Assembly (NCBI GenBank): GCA_946965045.2
Contig: OX337229.1
Location: 3,534,001 to 3,598,000, forward strand
Source: Epithemia pelagica
Lineage: Eukaryota > Protista > Bacillariophyta
Length of the DNA: 64,000 nt
Direction of reading: 5' to 3'
Shown: positions 51,346 through 62,931 of the stretch, piece after piece
Layout: each line of letters opens with the position of its first letter
How positions within the stretch are numbered: position 1 is the stretch's first letter
The notes under the pieces: generated by a model
Seen by the model: the letters and a program-made list of their open reading frames with translations, nothing else
Database searches by the model: none
Told to the model about the DNA's origin: nothing
Position numbers and translations under genes: made by a program

Positions 51346-51967
51346 CTTGTGTGTGTGTGTTTGTTTCGACGATGCAGATGGGAGGAATGGAATTTCTGCA
51401 AACTAAACTGTTCCGTCCGGTGCGGTCATGGCGCGTTATGTAGAGTTGCGCGTTGGAAAAAAAGTCGTGGAACGACACCATGCAGACATCACCCATCTCG
51501 TCCCCCTCTTTTTCTTTTGGGGATGAGAGATGAGAGAGTGGAAAGCGCCCCCACCCCCACAAAACATAAGTGCCACTTAGACGCGACGCAAAGGCTTTTG
51601 AAAGCGTCTCCATGCTTTGTGCGGCCTGATGATGACGATTGTTCACGGCACTCGTCAGATCAGCACGGCTGGCCCTTCCCTTCATTCGAGATCTCTCTGG
51701 CATGTCTCTCTGCAGTCTGCTGGGCATTGTCTGCTTGAGATGATATTATGAAACCCATCGAGATTCTCGTCGACATCCATCCGTTATCCGTTTGTCGTGT
51801 CGTCGGAGTCAAAGACAGATTACATTATTTCATGTTCCATTGATACAACAGTGGTAGACTATCAGGGATCGTTTGAGACAAGACACACGGAGGAGCCGAA
51901 TTTTCGTGGGTCGCCACCACCAACCATACCGTTTGCTTGCTTCGTGCAAAAGCATCCGTGCAACACA

Positions 51968-54230
51968 ATGAATCACCATCCTCCATCCTTTCACAGTGGC
52001 AGCCATTCCGAACCTGCTGCAGGATCGACCCACACCGGCACCACGGACACGACCAAAGGCTCTCCTGCCGCAGCTGCTTCGACCATGTCGGTGGAAGAAG
52101 AATTGGAAAATGAAGCCGCCATGAGTTCGTTGGACCACGCCTTGTTGGAATCCATCTTTTACAATGAAATGATGTTATTGGATGATCCCAACGACGATAC
52201 GGCCTCGCTCATTTCGAGCAGTTTGTTATCCACGTTATCGGCCGATGGATCGGTGCGAGAACCTCTCGCGTTGCTGTCACGACAACAACAACAACATGCG
52301 GCGGCTGGAAAAGAAGCTCCTCCGAATGGCATCACGGTACTTGATCGGAAACCACAGGCTCTTCCATTGACGACGACGACGACAACAACAACAACAGGAT
52401 ACCCTGCCACTGCACAGTCCTATCCTCCGTCCTTCACTCCCCAACAACAACAACAACAACCTCCGGCAACGAATGGCATGGCCTCCACATCCTCCACGAC
52501 AAGCATGCCAGTCCAAGCTTCGGTTCACCACTCGCTGACCCAACAACAACACGTGACGGCCCCTGGAATGAATCCTCATTCACAACCGGCAGCAGCAGCA
52601 CCGTCGACCGTCGTTCCGACCACTGGCTTGACTGCAACCACGGCCTCCCCGTATGCACCTCCTGGTACAACGATGTTGCCGGGTGTGGTTCCCACGGCGA
52701 CGGCGACAGGGTTTCCCCTTCCGAATCCATTGGCGACAACGGGAGAAGGCGCTACTGCCAGTCTGCCTCAACCCACCGATGCGCCATCCGATGCCAGTGT
52801 CACTTCCTTGGAGGGAGAAAAACGACAAAAACTAGTCTCCCAGTTTGCCTCTTTGGCCTCCCGATTGGGCATTGCTTTGCCGCAACCGGTCGTTCATTCC
52901 TTGGGTGGCAAGGCATCCGTTCGTGGTACGACCCTTACCGCCAACCCGACCTTGTATCCCACCACCACAACAACAACGACGACCACAACAACCGTGCCAC
53001 CTCCGGCATTGGCCACTTCGACAGTGCAACATGGTACCACGCTCGTTGGAGCAGCAGGAGAACCACCAGCTCCTGGCTCCTATGCCGCGCCGTCCATGAC
53101 GAACCCACCGGTGATGCTCCCGACGGCCGAGGGTGCGGCACCAACGGCGGCATCCCTACAAAATGGTACTACTACTCAACTGCCACCGGACAACAATAGT
53201 GCGAACAACATTGTCGTGGTGGCGACACCCGAAGTTCAACAATTGGCTCAAGCGGCTGATGCTGCCGTAGCCTCGGTTGTGGGCAAACGAGTCGCATCCG
53301 AAACGGATTTGGAAGTCCTGGATTCCCAACCACAACCACCACCCCAATCCTTGGCATCCTCCTCCTCCTCCAACAAACAGGCACCCTACAGTCGCCGTCG
53401 CAAAAAGCCACGATTGCAAGATTGCGAATCGAAATTGGCGGAATTGCAAGCGGAAAATGATATGCTCAAACGACATTTGGCCAATCTGTCCTCGCAGTCG
53501 CATGCCCTCGACCAAGAACGATTGATTCAAGAACAACGAATGCGGATCATGCTGGAACAAGGCGGTTCGGAGGACGAGTTGGACAATGCCGTCAAACACT
53601 TTTCCGATATGTATAGTGATTACGGTCGACGGAGACATCAAGAATTGAGTTTCCATTTGGATCAATTGACCCGTTTGGCCAATCCAACCAACTTTACCAA
53701 ATTGGGATTGTGGACCATGGGACAACAAAACAAGAACAGTCGGAATTCCATTGCAGGGATTTTGCAAAAGGAATTGGGAATTTCGGTACAACAGGGCAAG
53801 AAAATCTTGGAACAGCGAAAACGGATTCAACATGTGTGCAGTAATCTCAAGGAGGTACGTTGTTTGGTGTATTCATGTCCAATCAAACAGCCCATTTGTA
53901 TGATAAATTGTACCTTGCCTTTCTCGACTCACATATGCTTGGAAATTCTCATTTCTCGATGATATGGTTTGGTGTGTTCGTCACTGCTGATTGCTTTTGA
54001 TGTAGTGTCTTGGCTTGTTGGTAAACCTTAAGAAATTATGCAAACAAAAGACTCAAATCTTTCATGATCGCATGAATAAATGTCGAGAGATTCTTGATCC
54101 GCGACAAGTTGTGAAGCTCATTCTTTGGATCAATGAGAACACAGAAGTATTGGAAAATGTTTGTCCAGGATGGGGATCGGAACACATTCACGCGAAACCC
54201 ACGTCAAAGTCTTCTTCGATCAAGGGATAA
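51968..54230 (+). CDS. bZIP transcription factor with long Q/T/P-rich N-terminus and C-terminal helical domain
   Basis: Exons 51968-53854 and 54006-54230 (703 aa). SRRRKK followed by the heptad LQDCESKLAELQAENDMLKRHLANL. C-terminal domain ends ILDPRQVVKLILWI. Confidence 0.78.
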
Positions 54231-54591
54231 CAAAAGAAACAGGACGCAATTCTATCGTACCTCGCCCATGACAACTAGAATTTGACCCCAATTTCATGCG
54301 AGTATCAAAGCAATCTGCATTTCGATCGCCAATTGTGAGTCACTCGTGGGCTACAATAGATGATCTTGGAAAGGAGGCTCTGTGATTGTCCAATTTGCGC
54401 TCTGTCAATGCATTCACATCGGCACGACCGGAACTCCCGTCATTTCAGGATCTGTCATTGCGCCCTATGGGCAAACTGAGACCTAGTGGGCAAATAAGTG
54501 TTTCTATAGTTGCGCCCATTTTCGATATGCGAGGATTTATTAACAAAACGATAGCTAAGTACACAGCGCAATTAAATGAACCAGATAATAT

Positions 54592-57500
54592 CTACTTCTT
54601 TGGAATCTTGGATAGGTCAAAGTCATTTCCACTTCCATACCGCCAGGCGTCCATCTGTCGGTTCAAGTCATACTTGCTTCGTGGCCTTTTCAGCGCCGTA
54701 TTGCCGACCGGCCTCAACCAAGGACTCACAAAGTTGTCAAGGGCACTGTACGCGCCCATCATGCCAACGTGGCCCATCCAGTCAACCAACGTTGGAAGAC
54801 CTACCCATGCCACAATTTGAGGCATGAACGTAGGATCGGCGACAAAACTTCTCGCCAAACTTCCAACCAACCCATCGAAACGCACCACGTCCTGAAGGAA
54901 CGGTTTGATCGTCCGGGGTCCCATATCGTTCATGACTTCAAAATTTGTCGCAAGAAGTCGGTTGACGAAACGTTTGTCCACGAACGGTTGTCTTACTCTA
55001 ATTGACATTGCCTGATAAAAAAGCAAAAAAGCTCGGTAAGATTAACACTGTTTATGAAAAGCTCGATCCTTGGAAATCTTACCTTCTGAAACATCCACGT
55101 TGCACTGAGATTTGGAGTGTAGGGATTGATTTTAGCCAGGTCTTGCTTCGTAAGTAGGTCATATTCTAGAGCCTCTGTAACTGCCGTTGTGATACGGCCA
55201 AGGTGTCTCGTGAGAGCTCCAAATCCACCAAAACTCAACGGGCTCTGGATCCCGGAGGCATCACCTACAGCAAGAATACGGTTGAACTCGGGCTGTAACG
55301 GTGACTCCCGATAAGTGGGAAAGTAGGCAAAGAGGACACGTTTGACATCGAGATCCAGCTCTGGGTTCTTGATGGATGGTTGGTATTGCGGCAACAACCG
55401 CCAATAGTCCTCCAAAATCGACTCCAATGTCGGGCGTCTTTGGTGTGCATCCATGTAGGTAAACATATAAGTGGTTTTGGTGTCGCTTGTTCCTGGTTGT
55501 TTCCCATTACGTCCAATTCCTACAGGGAACGCCTCCCAGAAATACTGCATTCGTCCTCCCTGACGGCCTTTGTCTTGAATTGGCGTGTTCGTGTAGATAA
55601 TATCACCATTCAGATTTGTTTCAGGCTCATATCCAGACGCGCAAGTGCCGACGACTGCGCAGATACCGTCCGGCTTCTTCCCATAACGCTGCTGTCGAGT
55701 AATGGGGGAGTTGTTGCCCATGGCGTCGATTATCAGCCGAGCAGTCACAGGTTCTTGATACGCACCAAAATCAAGAGCAGCTCCAATTTCTTTGACTGCG
55801 CAGACTCCTTGAAGACGAGTTTCTTCTACGATCACACCCCCGAGCGATTGAAATCGTTGGGACACACGCTCAATCAATATCTTTGGGGAGACACCAAGGT
55901 TCAAGACTCCTTCCGTGAAACATTCATATCCTACTCCGTTCTCAAGATAGCCGCCCTTTACTTCGACCTCCTTATTCTTGAACCCAGAACGACAACCAGG
56001 GAAATCAGTTTGAATAGCATCATCGATGTCTTCTTGACTTAGAACTCCAAGACTCTTCAGATGGAAAAGCTCGTCCATACTTATATTCCACTCTTGTTCG
56101 CGTCCTCGGAGCTTACCAGCCTCAACAACGCAAACGTTGTGACCTTCAAGCTGCAAGGCGGTAGCAAAGAAGATTCCAAGAGTTCCACCGCATACAGCGA
56201 TGTCGAAATCCAATGCTCGGTCTCTTTGACTCAGTAGTTTGGCAAAGCATTGGGGGTTGCCCTGTCCTCCGTCTTCAGTAACGAACGGCTCGGGAGGGAC
56301 ATCATTCACACCTGGCATATACTCTTTCAATCTAGCCCAACTTGCCTCCGCCCGCTGGAAGGCTTCCCATGATGAAGCGCCTCCTGCTCCCGTGGCTTGG
56401 TTCTCAGTAACGATCGACCTCATGATTCGTTCTGTCATTCCGGTCGTATCAATGTCCGGAGCAAGCCGCTCACCTGTCATTTCTCTATCGAGTGGAACGC
56501 CGCCCGTTAGAGCCAACCGTAAGTGTTTCTTAAGCAGACCACCATAACTACGAGAGTCACTGTCTGCTCTACCGTCGCCGGACTGCTTGATATTCTCCAT
56601 GAATGAGTCAAAACGACCCGATACGGATCCCATCCCGGTCTTGGGTGATTTGTTGTTGAACTTCCCTCCACCTCTCCCTGATTTTGTCTCTTCCGTCGAT
56701 TTGACATAGTCCAGGTATTGGTCGTTAGGACCATTACCAGTATCTATGCGACCACGCGTCTCGCCGTTGGTCGTGGAAGACGCCGATCCATCCGCAACGG
56801 ACCACGGACTGGATGTCTTGTCGACTGTGGAAGATTCAGATGAATACGCTGTCTGTGTCTCGTCCAACTCATTTTCAGCGATTCCCGTGGGCTTAGATGA
56901 AGTCCAGGAAAATGACCATTGGCGTTCTTGCCCCTCTTGTTGAGTTTTCTGGGGCTCCGGTTCTGGGACCGACTCGGGTGTGTTAACTCCGGTTGTTCCT
57001 GAGGCAGCTCTCGCTGAGGTCCAGGCGTACGACCACTGAGATTGTTGCGTTTCCTGACCACCATTCACCGATGCCGGGTCCCCTGAAACTCCACGACTCG
57101 GATCATAATCTTCCTGTGGTCCTCGTTGAGATCCAAAGAATCCTGGTGCTGATGCGACATTGGCATTTTCGTTGGTTTGGCTTGGAGTCTCACCATTAGT
57201 CGGTGAAGGCCAACCATCACCGCTTGGTGATGCTTGTGAGACCTCATTACCCCAGGAGGAATAAGGTGACGGTTCAGAAGAGGTTTGCTTTTCAGTGACT
57301 TTTCCATCGCCGTTGACCCCATTGATTTCAGCAGGTGTTGCTCCGTTCATAGCAGATGACAATTGCTGTCCAGTCGAGGGAAAATCAGGAAAAAATGAAG
57401 ACTGATCATCCTGCACTTCTGATCCGGTAGTTGTGCCCCAAGGGGACGGAAATGACGATGGACCTCCGGACGCATTTGCGTCCGCTGACTCGCTTTCCAC

Positions 57501-60161
57501 TGATCCTGGTGGCGACCAAGACGAGGGTGCTGATTGTGCACCATTTGGTTCTTGGTAGTCGGTGGAAGCACCAGAGCCCCATGAAGCAGTAAACTCTGAT
57601 TCGGCATTGTCTGTATCTTGAGCCTCACTGGGGGGCGTCCATGCCGAGAAAGGTGAAGTCGAAGATTGTGCCCCTTGCTGCTCCTGGGGTTCCTCAGTCT
57701 GATCATTCGATGGTGACCACGGAGAAAACGACGATTCTGTGTCATCCTGAGATGAACTAGCAGATGATGGACTTGAGTCGTACGAAAAGGATGGAGTGGA
57801 ACTGTCCTCTTCTTCGGCAGGTGCAGCCGGTGTCCAGGAGGAAAATGGAGACGACGACGCTGCTGCTGGCTCTGAGTCAGATTTCGCTGGCGACCAAGGT
57901 GAAAATGAAGACTTGGTATCCTCGGTCGTTTCGGAAGCCGCTGGTGGACTAGAGTCATACGAAAAACTTGGAGTGGAATTGTCCTCTTCTTCGGCAGGGG
58001 CCGCCGGAGGTGTCCACGAGGAAAATGGAGAAGACGTCGCTGCTGGCTCTGAATCTGACTGCGACGGCGACCATGGCGAGAACGAGGATTGACTTTCCTC
58101 TGTTGATTCTGAAGCCGTTTGTGGACTGGAGTCATACGAAAAGGATGGAGTGGAACTGTCTTCTTCTTCGGCAGGGGCCGCCGGAGGTGTCCACGAGGAA
58201 AATGGAGACGATGAAGCTGCTGCTGGCTCCGAGTCCGATTTCGACGGAGACCAAGGTGAAAATGAAGACTTGGTATCCTCGGTTGTTTCCGAAGCCGCTG
58301 GTGGACTTGAGTCGTACGAAAAGGATGGAGTGGAATTGTCCTCTTCTTCGGCAGGTGCCGCCGGTGGTGTCCACGAGGAAAATGGAGACGACGTCGCTGC
58401 CGGCTCCGAGTCCGATTTCGATGGTGACCAAGGTGAAAAGGATGATTGAGTCTCCTCTGACGATTCCAAAGCCGCTGGGGGACTGGAGTCGTACGAAAAG
58501 GATGGAGTGGAACTGTCCTCTTCTTCGGCAGGTGCCGCCGGTGGTGTCCAGGATGAAAATGGAGACGACGCAGCGGCTGTTGGCTCCGAGTCCGATTTCG
58601 ACGGAGACCAAGGTGAAAATGAAGACTTGGTATCCTCGGTTGTTTCCGAAGCCGCTGGTGGACTTGAATCGTACGAAAAGGATGGAGTGGAATTGTCCTC
58701 TTCTTCGGCAGGTGCCGCCGGAGGGGTCCACGCAGAAAACGGTGACGATGCTTCTGCGGCTGGCTCCGAATCCGATTTCGATGGAGACCAAGGTGAAAAG
58801 GATGATTTAGCCTCCTCTGACGATTCCGAAGCCGCGGGAGGACCGGAGTCATAGGAAAAGGATGGAGTGGAATTGTCCTCTTCTTCGGCAGGTGCCGCCG
58901 GTGGTGTCCACGCAGAAAACGGTGACGACGCTGCTGCGGCTGGCTCCGAGTCCGATTTCGATGGAGACCAAGGTGAAAAGGATGATTTAGTCTCTTCTTC
59001 TGCGGAAGCTGCTGGTGGACCTGCATCGTACGAGAAGGTGGGCTGGGCAGTGGTGGTGTCTTCACCTTGAGAATCCGTCTCTACGGACGGACCAGAATCG
59101 TAAGAAAAGGAGGAGGATGCATCGGGAGTGCTTTCACTGTCATCTGCTCCGGCGCTTGAGGGGGACCAAGGAGAAAATGGTGATGCTGGCTGCTCTTCCT
59201 CATCGCTAGAAGATTTGGAGGGTGACCATGGCGAGAAGGATGATTTGGTGTCCTCCGACGAGGAACTACCCGTAGGCGGACCTGTATCATACGAGAAGCT
59301 TGGAGTGGCCGTGTCCTCCTCCTCAGAAGCTGCAGGAGGTGTCCACGCAGAAAATGGAGACGACGTCGCAGCAGTTTCTTTGCTGTCATCTCCAGAGGAT
59401 TTGGATGGTGACCACGGAGAGAAGGATGACTTTTCTTCTTCCTTGGAGTCACTCGCTCCAGGAGGTCCTGGTTCATACGAAAAGGCAGGAGCACTTGCCA
59501 GTGGATTGGAATTGCTGGAATCATCCTCTTCTGACGAGGAAGGAGGCGACCACGCTGAGAATGGTGAGCTCGTCGCCGCTGTCGTTTCCTCTTGTTTCGA
59601 TTCCTGTGAATCATCGTTGGAAGCGGTGGCTTGGGAGGGTGACCAAGGAGAGAAGGGAGATTGGGTGCCTTGCGAGCTATCGCTACCACCAGACTTGGAA
59701 GGAGACCATGGCGAGAAGGATGATTTCCCTGAATCGGATCCGCCGGACGGTGGACCTGGCTCGTACGAAAACGTTGACTGGGAAGCCTCGCTGTCCGTGC
59801 TTGCTTCGGGCGACCCGTCTCCACTGCTTCCATTAATGTCCCCATTGGCACCACTGCTATCCTGCTCCGAGTCAGTGGTACTGCCACCGGAAGGTGACCA
59901 CGGTGAGAATGGGTTTCCACCGCCACCGCCACCACCTCCTCCACCGCCACCAGGCGACCATGCTTTCTTGACCTGTGACGAGCCACCCGCCGGTGGAATG
60001 GACGAACTTAGCACGAGACCTTCTTTGTGCCTGTTGTTGTCTTCCACTGGGCGACTTTTTGATCGAGAACTAAACGATTGGAAAAAGCCTCCAAATCCAG
60101 TGACCCTCGTCGGACTCGACGACAAGACCGCCAAAACGAGAGTGGGAAGCAAAATCCTCAT
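54592..60161 (-). CDS. cruP: Plastid-targeted CruP-like (lycopene-cyclase-paralogue) FAD oxidoreductase with giant N-terminal W[S/T]P-repeat IDR
   Basis: Exons 60161-55083 and 55011-54592 (1,832 aa). Signal peptide …RVTG-FGGFF. C-terminal ~600 aa has DIAVCGGTLGIF, GREQEWNIS, IIDAMGNNSPI, YFWEAFP, TYMFTY, GDASGIQSPLSFGGFG and WRYGSG, as I recall from the plant At2g32640/CruP family. Confidence 0.85.
57735..58988 (-). repeat. Coding tandem array: 7 units of ~180 nt (59-60 aa)
   Basis: Unit KSSFSPWSPSKSDSEPAAAASSPFSAWTPPAAPAEEEDNSTPSFSYDSGPPAASESSEEA repeated 7 times, read directly from the translation. Confidence 0.95.
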
Positions 60162-61033
60162 GATGATGACCCTCTTTTCTTTCCAATGTCGATCTCAGGA
60201 CCACCGACGTGATTCCGTGCCTGAGAAAATGTTGCCGTCCACAGCTACCACAACTTGGTTCCACTTTCCTATTAGTTGTCTGGATGCCAACAATGAATTC
60301 ACGGTGTCAATTATTTCAGACTCTTCGGTTCTTTTGCAATGGATGGATCAAAACATATCACGCAATAACGACGCTTCGAACTTCGAATCGAGAGTTGAAA
60401 GTTGAGACCTCGTCGGTGTGTCTTTGATGTGTACGTCAGTTGGTTTTCTTCGGTGACATGAATTTGACCAATGAAAGGTCTTTGACGAGAAGTTCGGTGC
60501 AATGACGTCAAGCGTTCATCTATATGGGTAGCTATGGAACCGAAGTCCGAAATGTAGATGGAGTAGTAACATTCTTAGGTGTAGGGATAAAAGGATAAAA
60601 GCGACCTATCATTCCTTTTAAGCGACTCAAATGCTGTCAGAGGTATGACGAGAGAGGACGAGACGTTGAAGTGGATGCCATTTGCCATTGGGTCCTATTC
60701 TGATAGCAACGTGTCTTGGAACTGTGTCAAAAATGATGGGGGTCGTTGCCATCATATTATCTATTTCTCTCAAAGTAAGGACGTAGAAGACGTAATTTAG
60801 GACTTTATGCTGGTAGAGTTACGACCCTACCATAACACCGTCGTCTTGTCCGTATTCTTGCCAATTTTATCGACTGGGAGTACACTTGTGTATGAGAGAG
60901 AAATTGGGGAGGAGCAACTAAGTAAGTAGCATGACTATTGAGTTACACTCGATCCAACGTGTTTTGGCGTCACGATGGAAAGATGACAGGAGAGAGATTT
61001 TAATGTGTGCAAAAGTGGAAGGGCGGAATCGAG

Positions 61034-61846
61034 CTATGACGACTCTTTTCTTTCCTTCTTGGTGGTCGCCGGGGGCGCTTTTCCAGCAGCCGCCTTCTTG
61101 TCACTAGCCCCTCGTGTGAAGGAGACATAGGCCGTCCAGAAAAATGAGACCATGTGTCGGAAGGGCATTCGAATGTGGGTAGGAAGGGCAAACTGGACAC
61201 AATCACTCGGTCCCCATAGTCGTACCATTGCTGTCAAATCATCTTTCGAATTTTTCATGTATTTCATGACACCGTCTCGAGCCCAGTCTAGTGGATTCCA
61301 GCTTGTTCCGGTAATAAACTCCTTGACTGTGTAGTAGGATGGGAAGTACAAAATGGGCAAATGCACAAAAATGTCAAACAGGACCATTTTACCCGCATCC
61401 AGAATCCCCGCTGTATCTTTAAGTTTCTCTGCTAGCGACAACTTTCCAAATCGGTCCATTGTTGGAAACCACTGCCGATACTTGTTTACCATGAGCCAAT
61501 ATTGGAAGCCACCCAAATAAGTCGCACCAAAGACAATGAAAATCGCATTTCGCTTCCAATCAATTTCTTTGAGACTCTTTCCTTCTGCGACAACTTGCAC
61601 CACTAAATCGGCCGCTTGCGTCTTTCCTGTAGCAACTAAGAGTTGAAAGATGAAGGGCTGCTCTTTCGGAAATGCCATCAACTTGGACATGAAATCCCCG
61701 GATGACGCTGCCTTGCTCGTCCGTGGTGCGGCATCCGCAACGGCTGTGGCTTTTTGGTTGGCCACTGATCTGTGTAGCAACCGACGACTCCGCGCTACAG
61801 CAGAACAAGAGAGCGCCGCCATATGCCGTTGAGACCCTAACATCAT
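61034..61846 (-). CDS. Mpv17/PMP22 family membrane protein
   Basis: ATGKTQAADLVVQ, IDWKRNAIFIVFG, FDIFVHLPILYFPSYY and LWGPSDCVQFALP…FRHMVSFFWTAYVS match the Mpv17/PMP22 layout. The start is uncertain (possible upstream exon). Confidence 0.75.
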   Translation of the reverse strand: MMLGSQRHMAALSCSAVARSRRLLHRSVANQKATAVADAAPRTSKAASSGDFMSKLMAFPKEQPFIFQLLVATGKTQAADLVVQVVAEGKSLKEIDWKRNAIFIVFGATYLGGFQYWLMVNKYRQWFPTMDRFGKLSLAEKLKDTAGILDAGKMVLFDIFVHLPILYFPSYYTVKEFITGTSWNPLDWARDGVMKYMKNSKDDLTAMVRLWGPSDCVQFALPTHIRMPFRHMVSFFWTAYVSFTRGASDKKAAAGKAPPATTKKERKESS

Positions 61847-62931
61847 TGTCGTCGCCACTGTGATGTGTCTCTGATAGACAAAAAGCACCTATCAAGCACA
61901 CGACAAACGCTCACTCTAAATTCTGTGATTATCCATTGCCCCGTACGGCGCAACAGGCAACAAGACGAAGCAGAGAAGACCGGTCAGAAATGGGTGCGTG
62001 GAAGAGCATGAGAGGAGGATGCGTTGACGTCAGCCTCAAGATCTTGAAGTGAGGCAATCTGAATTGACGACTTTGACACATGGTTGACGTCATGTCGAAC
62101 AGGAGCTTTTTTGCATCTTGTACGTGCCACGTCACTTTCATTCCAATTCTCATCGATTGAGCGTTTTAATTGAAACAAATCATCAAAATGATATTGGAAT
62201 ACCGCACGCTTAGTATTGAGTTGTTTATGGTGTCCCTTTTTGTTTCTCTCTCAAGAACAAGATGGGCGGATATGGGAGACTGAACCATGCAGTAGACGAA
62301 GAAACCAACAAAGCCGACACATTCCAAAGATCCAATGAAAAGCCAGCACCATTAGGCACGCAGACACTCAACGTACAACTTTGGAGGAGAGGGTGTGTCG
62401 GTTTCTCACAAGCTTGTTTTGCATTACTGGTAGCCATGGGTAGACAATAGACAACTGGAAACACATGGATTCGTAGAAAGAAACAAGAAAGCTTGGCTCC
62501 TCGAACGAAACCTCGGTTTGCCATGGTCCATGGTCCATGGTGTCCATAGTCCATAGCGTTTAGGTCATTTTTTATTTTTTGTCATGCTAGACGATCTGCC
62601 GTTTCCGTAGTATTATGAAGACAAAAGAAGGATAAGGGATTGGTAGCTCTGCATACAGGGTGGCACACATCAGAAAGAAGGAGGGTGACACGGAATGTAC
62701 TAAGGAAAGATGGTTTAGTCGTCGTGGGACACCAACGACGGCACAGACACACACTTGATCCCGGAATGGAACGTATGACGACAAAGTTTGTCACCCAGTC
62801 ATGGCCATGGCGTTCTCAACGCTAGGAACGGGATAAGAACAAATGGTTACCGGCAGAGCGGTCGTTTTCATTATTAGCATGGCTCCTCTCCAGACATGAC
62901 GGTGAAACCAGCTAAAGCAAGTTACATATCA

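Noticed and set aside
57347-59065. 572-aa His/Arg/Pro-rich ORF in an alternative minus-strand frame, plus plus-strand ORFs 57968-58810 and 59128-60405
   Set aside because: Shadow frames of the tandem-repeat coding region. A repeat unit lacking stops keeps other frames open, and there is no independent signal.
62521-62556. (CCATGGT)n-like short tandem repeat; similarly (TACTCG)3 near 26245 and poly-Q/T/G codon runs
   Set aside because: Simple low-complexity slippage repeats with no spacer structure; not CRISPR-like or telomeric.
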